Assembly (NCBI GenBank): GCA_002068415.1
Contig: MVZM01000003.1
Span: forward strand, 40,306 to 104,305
Direction: 5' to 3'
DNA: 64,000 nt
DNA from: Tenericutes bacterium ADurb.BinA124
GTDB lineage: Bacteria > Bacillota_I > Bacilli_A > ML615J-28 > CAG-698
Shown here piece after piece: positions 27,721 through 37,582 of the stretch (its first letter is position 1; each line of letters starts with the position of its first letter). A program made the translations under genes and the position numbers. Under the pieces are notes generated by a model. It was not told the origin of the DNA and did no database searches. It saw nothing but the letters and a program-made list of their open reading frames with translations.

Positions 27721-27986
27721 TCATTATTTTTTACTTTATTATCTATTGTTTTAATAGTCTTTAAATATTCTTTCTCAACTTTTGTTAAAGTTTTAACTTG
27801 GTATTTTTTATATTCATCTCTTGCCTTTTCTATTGCTTGTTCATGAGAAATTGTTCCCGCATTTGCTAATATTTCTTCTCCAGCAGTGGAAAGAATTGAG
27901 TCTAAATATTTAATATGATCTTTCATATATATAGGTTTTTTTCTTATGGCATTTATCTCAGCGAAATCAAAATAACCTGAAACCAT
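27708..27986 (-). CDS. Hypothetical protein (92 aa), no recognisable domain
   Basis: ORF track only. The gene is adjacent to the RhuM gene in the same orientation. Confidence 0.3.
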   Translation of the reverse strand: MVSGYFDFAEINAIRKKPIYMKDHIKYLDSILSTAGEEILANAGTISHEQAIEKARDEYKKYQVKTLTKVEKEYLKTIKTIDNKVKNNDNCL

Positions 27987-28011
27987 ATTATTTAAAACTT
28001 TTAGTTCTTCT

Positions 28012-28725
28012 TCAGTTAAATAATTTTTGGCAATACCAATTATCCTTCATTCTTGGAAGTTCACCCTCAAAATTAGTAAGTCCCATAAAAGGTTTATTTG
28101 CATCTACACGATGATATATTATTTCGGCAGCAGTATTTCCATGGACAGCAAAGTGTAATTTATTTTGAACAATTTTAAAAAATTCAAATGTTTCTTCTGC
28201 TTCAGAATCGTAATCAATGCTAGTGGTATATAAGTCTAAAACTTGACGATATATAACCTTTTCAGAAGAACGAATATCACGAATTCTATCAATTAGTTCT
28301 TTCCAATAACTTCCCCCACCAAGCTCTTTAAGTCTTTTATCATCCATAGTAAAGCCTTTTATCATATATTCTTTTAATCGTTCTGTTGCCCAAATTCTAA
28401 ATCTAGTAGCAATAGATGACTTTATTCGATATCCTAGTGAAATTATCATATCTAAATTATAATAAGGCATTTTTCTTTGAACCTCTCTATTTCCCTCTTT
28501 TCGAACTTGTCGGAATTTCCGACAGGTTGAGTTTTCTAATAATTCTCCCTCACTATATATATTTTTAATATGTTCATTAACATTTGTTCGAGAACTATCA
28601 AAAAGTTCAGCCATTTGTTGCTGAGTTAACCAAATATTATCATCTTCAAGTTTTACTTCTATATTAGTTAAACCATCTTCAGTCTTGTAAATTATTATTT
28701 CACCTTTATCATTTTTTACTGACAT
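28012..28725 (-). CDS. RhuM-family protein (virulence protein RhuM-like), 237 aa, intact
   Basis: Family-typical IWLTQQQMAELF...NEHIKNIYSEGEL...MIISLGYRIKS...RFRIWAT. It is the full-length paralog of the fragment at 13546..13929. Confidence 0.65.
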   Translation of the reverse strand: MSVKNDKGEIIIYKTEDGLTNIEVKLEDDNIWLTQQQMAELFDSSRTNVNEHIKNIYSEGELLENSTCRKFRQVRKEGNREVQRKMPYYNLDMIISLGYRIKSSIATRFRIWATERLKEYMIKGFTMDDKRLKELGGGSYWKELIDRIRDIRSSEKVIYRQVLDLYTTSIDYDSEAEETFEFFKIVQNKLHFAVHGNTAAEIIYHRVDANKPFMGLTNFEGELPRMKDNWYCQKLFN

Positions 28726-29030
28726 AAGATATCTCCTTCTATAATTTATTATGATATTAAGTTTTAATGTTATTTCTTGTATATTTTAGCATAAATCTAT
28801 CGTCAAATAAAGTCATTTTATAAGATAAAAGCAATTATATTTTGATCAGTTCAAACTTCTAAAAGATAAAAGCAAATATATCAGTTCGAACTCTTGAACC
28901 AATAATACACAAGATCATTGCACAAAAAAACCGCTATAAGTTAAGATTTGAACTTATAACAGTTTGTATATTAATTAGTTTATTTAGCTTTATAGAGCAT
29001 TTTTTTCATTAAACTAACTTAACATTTCCT

Positions 29031-29105
29031 TGGAGCAGGTAGCGAGAATCGAACTCGTATCTTCGCCTTGGGAAGGCGACATAATAACCATTATACGATA
29101 CCTGC
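29031..29105 (-). tRNA. tRNA-Gly (anticodon CCC)
   Basis: Minus-strand cloverleaf GCAGGTA-TC-GTATAATGGTTATTATG-TCGCC-TTCCCAA-GGCGA-AGAT-ACGAG-TTCGATT-CTCGC-TACCTGC-T-CCA. Acceptor and anticodon stems are perfect. The D-stem is short and wobbly, and there is one A-C mismatch in the T-stem. The track ORF 29030..29284 (+) is antisense to it. Confidence 0.7.
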
Positions 29106-29209
29106 ACTCATTTTTTACGAATGTTATTTTAACATATCTCATCACATATTTCAACAAAAACAAACAAAATTTTAGGGGAAAAATCCCAGCTTTTTCCCCT
29201 AAAATAAGA

Positions 29210-29980
29210 TTATTTATGAACAAAGAAATAGGCAAACGGGACGAAAACCGCACCACCAATGATGTTCCCGATGGTTACTGGTAATAAATTCATGAGCATT
29301 TGACCAATGGTGATTTGGCTACCTAACATTTTCGCATAAGGTAGTAAAAACATATTGGCAACACTATGTTCATAACCGCTTAAAACAAATAACCCCACCG
29401 GCAAAATGGCTCCGGCGATTTTGCCACCAAGCGTTTTAGCAGCAAAAGTTAAATAGACGGCTAAACTAACTAAAATATTGCCCAAAATGCCGCGAGCGAG
29501 GGCTTCCAAAAAACTCAGTCCGACTTTTGTGATGGCTAAATTTAAAACAAACATTTCCACAGTTCCGGAAATCACTTGGGCGGAAAAAAGTAAGGACACT
29601 AAAAGAAGAGCACCGATGAAATTGCCTACATAGACAATTCCCCAGTTTTTTAAAACCGCCAAAAAACGGTACTTCTTCCCCAACCAGCCAAAGGTAATTA
29701 AGCAATTGCCTGTAAACAAATCACCGCCCGCCAAAATAATAATCACTAAGCCAATCGGAAAGACAAACGAACCGATTACTTTTCCTAAAAAGTGAAGCTC
29801 GGAAGTAGAGCTCCCTGCTAAAACCAAATAACCATAATAACCTAAACCAATAAAAAAACCGGCAAGGATGGCAGAAATAAGTAATTTCCCCAACGGTTTT
29901 CGGACTTTATTTTCCCCCACTTTAATCGCTTCCTCAACAACTTCTTCTGGAGAATACAACAAATGATTGTTTATTTCCAT
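29210..29980 (-). CDS. Formate/nitrite transporter (FNT) family channel, 256 aa
   Basis: 6-TM FocA/NirC-like protein. Last gene of the hut operon. Confidence 0.7.
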   Translation of the reverse strand: MEINNHLLYSPEEVVEEAIKVGENKVRKPLGKLLISAILAGFFIGLGYYGYLVLAGSSTSELHFLGKVIGSFVFPIGLVIIILAGGDLFTGNCLITFGWLGKKYRFLAVLKNWGIVYVGNFIGALLLVSLLFSAQVISGTVEMFVLNLAITKVGLSFLEALARGILGNILVSLAVYLTFAAKTLGGKIAGAILPVGLFVLSGYEHSVANMFLLPYAKMLGSQITIGQMLMNLLPVTIGNIIGGAVFVPFAYFFVHK

Positions 29981-30612
29981 AATTCATTCACCAAAAACAA
30001 AGCTTGCTTAGCTATCGCTTTTCCCTTTTCTTCATATTCCTTAGCTTTAGTTAAATAAGTATCCGCTATCTTAGCATCCATAAAACCGGCCATATTAGTG
30101 CGCACATTGAAAACTGCCCCCACCAAACCCGCTTCCAACATCAACACAGCGACCCCAAAATCCGAGCCCGTGCTTTTCACAATCACCGGAAACAGCGGTA
30201 AAGCGATTTCCAAAGCGGTGAAAGCCGTTTTTGCCGTTAACAGCGGGACTTCCGTGGCATGAATAGTCGCTTGGTCGATGGCTTGTTTTCGGATAGCTAT
30301 GTGCTCATCGCTTTCTTTCGGTAAGCGGTAAGCTTCCATAATCTGCTGATAAGAACCAGCATCACTTTCAACCAAAGTTAAAGCTTCCTGCTTTAAAGCG
30401 CCCAATGTTGATAGTTGTTTATAAAAGTCATCTTTCACCTTTTCGTCAAGTTGAAGAAATTTCTTTTTCGTCATGGTCAGTTTTCCAACCATTCCCAATA
30501 AACTAATGCCCATGGCAACACCGAAGGCGGCAGCACTTCCGCCACCGGGAATCGCTGTTGGCGCATCAATTTCATCTAAAAACATTTTCAGGGGCATGGC
30601 AATTAATTTCAT
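29971..30612 (-). CDS. Formiminotetrahydrofolate cyclodeaminase-family protein (FTCD C-terminal-domain-like), 213 aa
   Basis: PGGGSAAAFGVAMGISLLGMV near the N-terminus is characteristic of the cyclodeaminase/cyclohydrolase family. Confidence 0.65.
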   Translation of the reverse strand: MKLIAMPLKMFLDEIDAPTAIPGGGSAAAFGVAMGISLLGMVGKLTMTKKKFLQLDEKVKDDFYKQLSTLGALKQEALTLVESDAGSYQQIMEAYRLPKESDEHIAIRKQAIDQATIHATEVPLLTAKTAFTALEIALPLFPVIVKSTGSDFGVAVLMLEAGLVGAVFNVRTNMAGFMDAKIADTYLTKAKEYEEKGKAIAKQALFLVNELWK

Positions 30613-30624
30613 CTTGTTCTCCTT

Positions 30625-31875
30625 TTATGTTTCTCTTTCAATCAGCTTTTGACCGCCTATATAAACACTATGGACATGATTAATCCCAAAATGGTAGAGC
30701 AAATAGGCTAAATTAGGAATTTTAAGAAAAACCAAATCGGCATCTTTTCCGACTTCGAAAGAGCCCTTCCTTTTTTCTAAACCTAAACTAACAGCCGCAT
30801 TGATGGTAACAGCGGTGATGATTTCTTCCGGTGTTAATTTTCCCTTTAAAAAAGCCATTTGCATCGCCAACTGCAAATTTTCTGAAGGACTGGTTCCGGG
30901 ATTGTAATCAGTCGCAATCGCAATTCCACAACCTTTATCAATCATAAAGCGAGCTCTAGCCATCGGTTTATTTAAATAAAACGATGTTAAAGGTAAAATT
31001 GTTGCCACGGTTGTGCTTGTCGCTAACAGGTCAATATCCTCATCCTTAGTCACCAATAAATGGTCAACGGAGTGACAATTTAAGGAAACTGCTAAGCTCG
31101 TCCCCCCTAGTGAAACCATTTCATCGGCATGCATTTTTAAACCGTAACCCAAGGCTTGTGCTCTTTCTAAAATAAGTTTAGTTTCCGCAAGCGAAAAAAC
31201 GCCCTCTTCACAAAAGACATCCACAAATTCCGCAAGCTCCTCCTTTCGGAAAACTTCCATCCATTTAAGGAGATTAGAAAGATATGTATCGCGATGTTCA
31301 CAAGTTTTCGGAAAGGCATGAGCCCCCATAAAGGTATTAACCACGAGCGGTCCCAATTCCTTATTTAAGGCTTTCCCTACTTCCAGTTGTTTTTTTTCGC
31401 TTGCGAAATCAAGCCCATAACCGCTTTTAGCTTCCACGGTCGTCACGCCAAAAGCCAGCATCGTTTTTAAACTGGCTTTGGCTTTTTCGTATAATTGGGA
31501 AAAACTGGCATTTTGCGTTTGTGAAACGGTTTGGTGAATGCCACCGCCGCTTTTTAAAATATCTAAATAACTTTCCCCTTTAGCTTGGCGCTCTAAATCA
31601 TTTTCCCGTGAACCATAATGAACTAAATGGGTGTGGGAATCAATGAAACCGGGAAGCACAATGAAGTCTTCTCCGTTAATTAATTCGCATTGTTCTGTGT
31701 TTACAAAGGCTAAATAATCCCTATTACTGCCAAGAGCAATAATCTTCCCCGCTTCCACAACCAAAAAACCATTTTCAATAATTTTAAGGTCCCCCATTTC
31801 CGCACCACGACGTAAACGATTAGGCCCGGAAACGGTCACTAACTGGCGAATATGGTGAATGATGAGGCGTTTCAT
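30625..31875 (-). CDS. hutI: Imidazolonepropionase
   Basis: Amidohydrolase fold with metal-ligand motif DSHTHL. hut operon context. Confidence 0.85.
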   Translation of the reverse strand: MKRLIIHHIRQLVTVSGPNRLRRGAEMGDLKIIENGFLVVEAGKIIALGSNRDYLAFVNTEQCELINGEDFIVLPGFIDSHTHLVHYGSRENDLERQAKGESYLDILKSGGGIHQTVSQTQNASFSQLYEKAKASLKTMLAFGVTTVEAKSGYGLDFASEKKQLEVGKALNKELGPLVVNTFMGAHAFPKTCEHRDTYLSNLLKWMEVFRKEELAEFVDVFCEEGVFSLAETKLILERAQALGYGLKMHADEMVSLGGTSLAVSLNCHSVDHLLVTKDEDIDLLATSTTVATILPLTSFYLNKPMARARFMIDKGCGIAIATDYNPGTSPSENLQLAMQMAFLKGKLTPEEIITAVTINAAVSLGLEKRKGSFEVGKDADLVFLKIPNLAYLLYHFGINHVHSVYIGGQKLIERET

Positions 31876-33902
31876 GATGATTGTTTTATCCTATCCCGCA
31901 GTGTTTTTAATAACTTATCATCGACCAAATAAGGAATTGTCAAATGATCATGATTATTTTGGTTATGCATAATAGCCGTTTCGATGGCATGAGGATTGCG
32001 CGCCCAAGCACGTCTTCCCACACCGACCATGACATCCCAACTAATGGCTTTATCAATGATCTCATCAACTTCGTAAGAGCCATCTAAAAATAAGCCGTAG
32101 CCGCCATTAATGGATTTGCCGATGCCAACACCGCCACCATTTTGTAAAGCTACCATCGTCATGCCGTGAGCGGCATTACCGGCAAAAACCGATGTTGCCA
32201 TATCGGCCATGATATTGGAGCCATCTTTGATATTGGATGTTTCCCGAAACGGCGAATCTGTACCTCCGGTATCATGATGATCCCGCCCCAGCATAATGGG
32301 ACCAACTTGTTTGTTACGAACAAGGGCATTAAAAGCTTTCGCAATCTTAACCCGCCCATAGGCATCTTGATAGAGAATTCGCGCCTTGGTGCCGACCACA
32401 AGCTGGTTCTTCTTAGCATCTTTCACCCAGTTATAATTATCTAAGTCCTGAAAGCGGCGGTTTTTATCAATGCAAGCCATTGCGGTTGCATCAGTTAAAT
32501 CTAAATCACTTTGGCGACCGGATAAACAAACCCAGCGGAAGGGACCATATCCATAATCAAACAAAAGCGGTCCCATAATGTCTTCCACATAACTTGGCCA
32601 AATAAAGCCATCTTGGGGGTCGGTCTTGTTTGTACAAATCTCTCTAACCCCAGCATCAAAGACCGCCTTCATAAAGCTATTCCCATAATCAAAGAAATAT
32701 GTTCCGCGCGCCACCAATTCTTTTATCAACTGAAAATGACGTTGCAAACTGGCATTCACAAGTTCACAAAAACGTATTTTATTCGTTTTCAAGAGCTTTG
32801 TGCGCTCTTCAAAACTAATCCCAACCGGACAATACCCGCCGTCATAAGCATTATGGCAAGATGTTTGATCACTAAGTAAATCAATTTTTTCATCATTTTG
32901 AACCGCATAAGCCAATAAATCAACAATATTGCCTTCCAAAGCAATCGCCGCTGCTTGTTTTTTAGCTTGATACTGATGGGCAAGCATGAAGGCCTGTTGC
33001 GGTGAACGAACCCAATCGGTAATCCACCCTTGGGAAAAACGCGTGTCAATGCGGGAACGATCAACCTCAGCAATGATAGCAACCCCACCGGCAATCACAC
33101 AAGCCTTGCCTTGAGCACCGCTCATTCCCCCTAAACCGCTACTAACAAATAATTTGCCCGCTAAGTTTTCTTCTTTTTTTAAACCTAGTTTTAAACGACC
33201 GGCATTGATTAAGGTCGAATAAGTGCCATGAACAATGCCTTGCGGGCCAATATACATCCATCCTCCGGCCGTCATTTGCCCATAGGAAGCAACACCCAAA
33301 CTGGCCGCTTTATGCCAATGAGCCAAATCGTCATACATGCCCACCATTAAACCGTTAGTAATGATGACGCGGGGAGCATGTTTCGACGAGGCAAATAAAC
33401 CTAAAGGATGGCCGGAATTAACCACTAAGGTTTGCTCATCGGTCATTACTTCTAAATATTTGTGAATGAGGTGATATTGCATCCAATTTTGTGCAACCGC
33501 CCCTGTCTCCCCATAAGTAACGAGTTCATAGGGGTAAAGAGCCACTTTGAAATCGAGATTATTGTCAATCATCACCCGAATCGCTTTGGTAGCCGTTAAT
33601 GAGCCCGGGTATTCATCAATGGGTTTACCATATATCCGTTGTTTTGGATAGAAACGATAGCCGTAAATGCGCCCCCTGGTTAATAACTCTTCTAAAAACT
33701 CATCCGCTAACTCGGCTTGCCAAGCTGGGGGAATATAGCGTAAAGCATTTTGTAAGGCCAATAATTTTTCTTCCTCACTTAAATTAAGTTCCCGCATCGG
33801 GGCACGGCGGATAACCGGGTTAAACTTCGGATACTTGGGAAGTTCTAAAAAAATACTGTCCAATTTAATCGTCATGGCTTGAGAAATTTGCTTATTATTC
33901 AT
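31872..33902 (-). CDS. hutU: Urocanate hydratase (long, roughly 676-aa form). Start chosen at MNNKQISQ with RBS AAGGAGGG; the track ORF starts 20 codons earlier.
   Basis: Urocanase NAD-binding region GGMSGAQGKA, and overall length and similarity to urocanase. The earlier track start would overlap hutH by 50 nt and lacks an RBS. Confidence 0.8.
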   Translation of the reverse strand: MNNKQISQAMTIKLDSIFLELPKYPKFNPVIRRAPMRELNLSEEEKLLALQNALRYIPPAWQAELADEFLEELLTRGRIYGYRFYPKQRIYGKPIDEYPGSLTATKAIRVMIDNNLDFKVALYPYELVTYGETGAVAQNWMQYHLIHKYLEVMTDEQTLVVNSGHPLGLFASSKHAPRVIITNGLMVGMYDDLAHWHKAASLGVASYGQMTAGGWMYIGPQGIVHGTYSTLINAGRLKLGLKKEENLAGKLFVSSGLGGMSGAQGKACVIAGGVAIIAEVDRSRIDTRFSQGWITDWVRSPQQAFMLAHQYQAKKQAAAIALEGNIVDLLAYAVQNDEKIDLLSDQTSCHNAYDGGYCPVGISFEERTKLLKTNKIRFCELVNASLQRHFQLIKELVARGTYFFDYGNSFMKAVFDAGVREICTNKTDPQDGFIWPSYVEDIMGPLLFDYGYGPFRWVCLSGRQSDLDLTDATAMACIDKNRRFQDLDNYNWVKDAKKNQLVVGTKARILYQDAYGRVKIAKAFNALVRNKQVGPIMLGRDHHDTGGTDSPFRETSNIKDGSNIMADMATSVFAGNAAHGMTMVALQNGGGVGIGKSINGGYGLFLDGSYEVDEIIDKAISWDVMVGVGRRAWARNPHAIETAIMHNQNNHDHLTIPYLVDDKLLKTLRDRIKQSS

Positions 33903-33912
33903 AAACCCTCCT

Positions 33913-35454
33913 TTATAGCGAACCACATCTTTGTTCGACTTCTTTAATGATTGTTTCTTCATTAACTAGAGCAAAGATTTGCTCTAATAGTTGGGACATG
34001 ATTTGGTCATCTTTTAGGAAAGGGATTTTATTCCTAATCAATTGATAAGCTATTTGCGTCCCCACACCCAGTTGTTTTTTTGGTCGTAAATCAAGGGCTT
34101 GACAAGCGGTTAATAATTCCATCGCAATGACTTTAAAAGCATTGTGCAGGATATTTAGGGCCCCTCTAGCCGCAATCGTGCCCATGGAAACATGATCTTC
34201 CTGATTGGCGGATGAGGGAATAGAATCGACACTGGCCGGATGAGCCAAGGATTTATTCTCGCTTACTAGGGAAGCGGCACTATATTGGACAATCATGAAT
34301 CCGGAATTTAAACCGGGGCTACTTGCTAAAAAGGCCGGTAGACCGCCGTTTAAACTGGGATTGACCAATCTTTCAATGCGGCGTTCACTAATACTTCCTA
34401 GTTCACAAAGGGCCACTTTTAAGAAGTCAAAGGGGAGGGCTAGTGGTTGACCATGAAAATTGCCTCCGGAAATAACGGTGTCGGGCCCAAAAATAAGCGG
34501 ATTATCCGTCGCCGCATTCATTTCTATTTCCACTTTGCTTTTCACATATTCCAGTACATCACGGCTCGCCCCATGAACTTGGGCAATACAGCGAAGTGAA
34601 TAAGCATCTTGAACCCGAATTTCGCCCTGACTGCTTAAATAAGTACTGTTACGGCATAAAAAATGGATATTTTCCGCTACCTTGATTTGACCGTTTTGTC
34701 CTCTAACTTGATGAATCCGCTCATCAAAAGCTTCTTTAACACCTAAAAGAGCTTCTAGTGATAAGGCACTCGCAATATCCGCTAATTTTGCTAGTTTAAT
34801 GGCATCATAGAGGGCAATGGCTCCCACCGCCGTCATGGCTTGGGTGCCGTTGATTAACGATAAACCCTCTTTAGCCTGTAAACCGGCCAAAGGTTTTAAC
34901 TCGGCCAAAGCTAAAGCTTCTTGTGTTGGCATGAGCCGCTTTTGATAATAAACTTCCCCCAAACCAACAAGCGTCAAACCCATATGTGATAACTGGGCTA
35001 AATCGCCACTCGCTCCCAATGAGCCTTGTTCGGGAATCGCAGGAATAATATCATGGTTCAAATAAGCAATAATTTGCTCTAAGACCACTAAACGAATTCC
35101 GGAATAACCCTTGGCAAGGGCATTAACGCGTAACAACATCATGCCACGGACGATTTCTTCGGAAAAATGTTTGCCAACGCCACAAGCATGGGACTTTAAC
35201 AATTTAATCTGTAAATCGGCGAGATTGTCTTTGGAAATGATGACATCACTCATTTTCCCAAAACCCGTATTAACTCCATAAACCGTTTTATTGCTTTTCA
35301 CAAGCGCTCTAATCCATTGGTTTGATTGATTAATCTTGGTTTTAGCTTCGCTTGATAAGGTGACCGCTTCTTTTTTTCTAGCAACCTTCATAAAGTCATG
35401 CAGTGTTAAATCATTCCCCGTAATTATTAACATAAAAGTCTCCTCTTTATTCAT
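33913..35454 (-). CDS. hutH: Histidine ammonia-lyase
   Basis: MIO-forming motif GSLGASGDL and PAL/HAL fold over the whole length. Confidence 0.9.
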   Translation of the reverse strand: MNKEETFMLIITGNDLTLHDFMKVARKKEAVTLSSEAKTKINQSNQWIRALVKSNKTVYGVNTGFGKMSDVIISKDNLADLQIKLLKSHACGVGKHFSEEIVRGMMLLRVNALAKGYSGIRLVVLEQIIAYLNHDIIPAIPEQGSLGASGDLAQLSHMGLTLVGLGEVYYQKRLMPTQEALALAELKPLAGLQAKEGLSLINGTQAMTAVGAIALYDAIKLAKLADIASALSLEALLGVKEAFDERIHQVRGQNGQIKVAENIHFLCRNSTYLSSQGEIRVQDAYSLRCIAQVHGASRDVLEYVKSKVEIEMNAATDNPLIFGPDTVISGGNFHGQPLALPFDFLKVALCELGSISERRIERLVNPSLNGGLPAFLASSPGLNSGFMIVQYSAASLVSENKSLAHPASVDSIPSSANQEDHVSMGTIAARGALNILHNAFKVIAMELLTACQALDLRPKKQLGVGTQIAYQLIRNKIPFLKDDQIMSQLLEQIFALVNEETIIKEVEQRCGSL

Positions 35455-35540
35455 TCTTATTTTACAATAAAAGCCTAATTATAGCAAGATGGGATTACTA
35501 AGAAAAAAGAAGAAAAAATTTATTAAAATCTTTTCTTCCC

Positions 35541-36590
35541 TTAATTTAAATTTCCTGACAAGTAGAGGGTTTTACCTTGGAAATCAGCACTTAATTCACA
35601 AACGACCGTTTGTTTAATGATTTCCCTTTGACCGGCAGTTTCAATCATCACAAAATGGGGATTATAGAGATAGGGGTCAATAATAAAAGCATTCAAGGGA
35701 TCAAAACCTATAATTTTAAAATCTTTGTTTACGCTTTTCCCTGTTTCCAAAACTTTAGTTATTTGTGCTTGTTTTTTTCCAAAATCATTCTTTAACAAAC
35801 TTTCAATTTGTTCATCAATTTTAAAATCGAAGTTTACATCAGCGCTGGGCTGGGAGAGCATTGCGAAAATCGTTTTCGTTTCCTCACCAATCCGGTGCTT
35901 AAATGAGCATTTTTGAGCATCCATTATTAATAAAAGCATTGTTCCCACATCATAGGATAGATGTCTAATTTTCAACAAGCGATTTTGATCAAGTAAGCGC
36001 AGCAATAACTTATTATGCTCTTCTATAAAAACTTGTTCATCAATTTGTTTTAGGGCTTGCATTTCCACAAACTGGGCCATCCCTTCCACAACCTCTATCT
36101 TGCTTTCATAGTCCACTTGTTTGGGAAAGTGAAGCGCTCGGTAATTACGCCGTTTAATAAATTCATCCCACTTTGTGTTTGTAAAATGGCGACTTAATTC
36201 TCCAAGTAAGAGGTTTTCTTGATACTTAATCGTTAAATTCAAGGCCGAAAAACCATAACGAAGACCATCCATTTCATTGGGAAAGCGTTTTTCCTTCTGC
36301 TCATATTGAAAAGCATGGAACATCTCATGCACCAGTTTAGCGGTCAACAATTGATAATCATTATCACTTGCGTCTTGAATATTCCAAATAGCTAACCAAG
36401 ATTCCTCCCATTTGATGGCGGTGTTGCCGATAAATTGTGGGGTTATGGGTCTTTTTTCATTATCGATGACTACTTCTTCTTGATTATACAAAGCAAAGGG
36501 GAAAGGGTGAAAATCCGGCCACAGGGCGGAAAAATCAATTTCATCAAGTAAGTTAGCAATTTTTTGGTAAAGAATTTGTAAATCACTCAT
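35541..36590 (-). CDS. Hypothetical cytoplasmic protein with HExxH motif (HEMFH), a possible metallopeptidase-like fold. 349 aa.
   Basis: ORF track. HEMFH motif. Operonic (8-nt overlap) with the PfkB kinase gene. Confidence 0.35.
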   Translation of the reverse strand: MSDLQILYQKIANLLDEIDFSALWPDFHPFPFALYNQEEVVIDNEKRPITPQFIGNTAIKWEESWLAIWNIQDASDNDYQLLTAKLVHEMFHAFQYEQKEKRFPNEMDGLRYGFSALNLTIKYQENLLLGELSRHFTNTKWDEFIKRRNYRALHFPKQVDYESKIEVVEGMAQFVEMQALKQIDEQVFIEEHNKLLLRLLDQNRLLKIRHLSYDVGTMLLLIMDAQKCSFKHRIGEETKTIFAMLSQPSADVNFDFKIDEQIESLLKNDFGKKQAQITKVLETGKSVNKDFKIIGFDPLNAFIIDPYLYNPHFVMIETAGQREIIKQTVVCELSADFQGKTLYLSGNLN

Positions 36591-37500
36591 CGTTTTGCTC
36601 CTTTAAAAATTGTTCGACTTCCGCACTGGTCGGATAGGAATTAAGCACATGGGGCTTCGTGACACTGAAAGCGGCGACGGCATTGGCCCAGCGCACCGCT
36701 TCTTTTAAGGTTTTTTTATGTAGTAATTCTCTAACTAAAGCAGCATTAAAAGCATCCCCGGCGCCGGTTGAATCAACACAGGCAACTTTAAAGGCCGGAA
36801 TAAAGCCTTCTTCATGATTATCAAGGTAGTAAGCGCCCTTGGCCCCGAGAGTTACCACAATTCGTTTTTTTAATTGTTTTAATTTTTTTACAACCAAGCC
36901 CCAGTCACTAGAAAAGTCTAAACCGGCCATTTGGCGGGCTTCACTTTCATTAGGTGTTAAAATATCGACTTTATGAAGAATATCTTCGGGAATGACTCGG
37001 TAAGGAGCGGGATTTAAAACGATTAATTGGTGTTTTTTACTAGCCATATTGACGGCTACTCGCAAAACTTCATCGGCGACCTCAAGCTGAAGTAAGAGCG
37101 CTTTTGAAGAAGCCAGCGATGAGGTAAAATGGTCAACATCGTCTTTGCTTAAGGATGCTCCCGGAAAAACCGTTACTTGATTATCACCATCCCGATTTCT
37201 TAGAATGCTTGCGATGGCCGTTTGTTGGTTTTGTTTGTAAACGATATGAGCTTTAATGCCCCTTTTTACTAAATATTGTTCACATTGGTGCCCATATTCA
37301 TCATTTCCAACCGCTGATAAAAAAGCGACTTTAAGGCCTAATAAGGACAAAGCTACCGCTTGGTTAAAACCTTTTCCCCCCGGCTCCACAAATAAACATT
37401 CACTGATTAAAGTTTCACCGGCTTGATGAAAATGATCAACTTGGAAAAAAAGCGATTGGCCACTTAAGCCAATAACACTAACAAGGGCTTGTGCTTTCAT
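36583..37500 (-). CDS. PfkB/ribokinase-family carbohydrate kinase (305 aa)
   Basis: C-terminal DSTGAGDAFNAA (PfkB signature 2). N-terminal GG motif. Confidence 0.8.
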   Translation of the reverse strand: MKAQALVSVIGLSGQSLFFQVDHFHQAGETLISECLFVEPGGKGFNQAVALSLLGLKVAFLSAVGNDEYGHQCEQYLVKRGIKAHIVYKQNQQTAIASILRNRDGDNQVTVFPGASLSKDDVDHFTSSLASSKALLLQLEVADEVLRVAVNMASKKHQLIVLNPAPYRVIPEDILHKVDILTPNESEARQMAGLDFSSDWGLVVKKLKQLKKRIVVTLGAKGAYYLDNHEEGFIPAFKVACVDSTGAGDAFNAALVRELLHKKTLKEAVRWANAVAAFSVTKPHVLNSYPTSAEVEQFLKEQNDE

Positions 37501-37582
37501 ATTAAAATACCTCTCTTATATTCTACCAAAAAAAGAAACTAAATGACAAGTAAAAAAACCTCCCCAAGGAGGGAGGTAAAGA

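Noticed and set aside
29030-29284. Plus-strand 84-aa ORF (MEQVARIELVSSPWEG...)
   Set aside because: Its 5' end is the antisense strand of tRNA-Gly(CCC) and it has a TTG start. The remainder is an AT-rich intergenic region.
31872-33962. Track start of hutU at 33962 (overlapping hutH by 50 nt)
   Set aside because: No RBS there. A consensus AAGGAGGG RBS precedes the in-frame ATG at 33902, giving a 10-nt gap after hutH. Analogous trimming was applied to malQ (48943), malG (51741), the surface protein (57951) and the 61050..61886 membrane protein.
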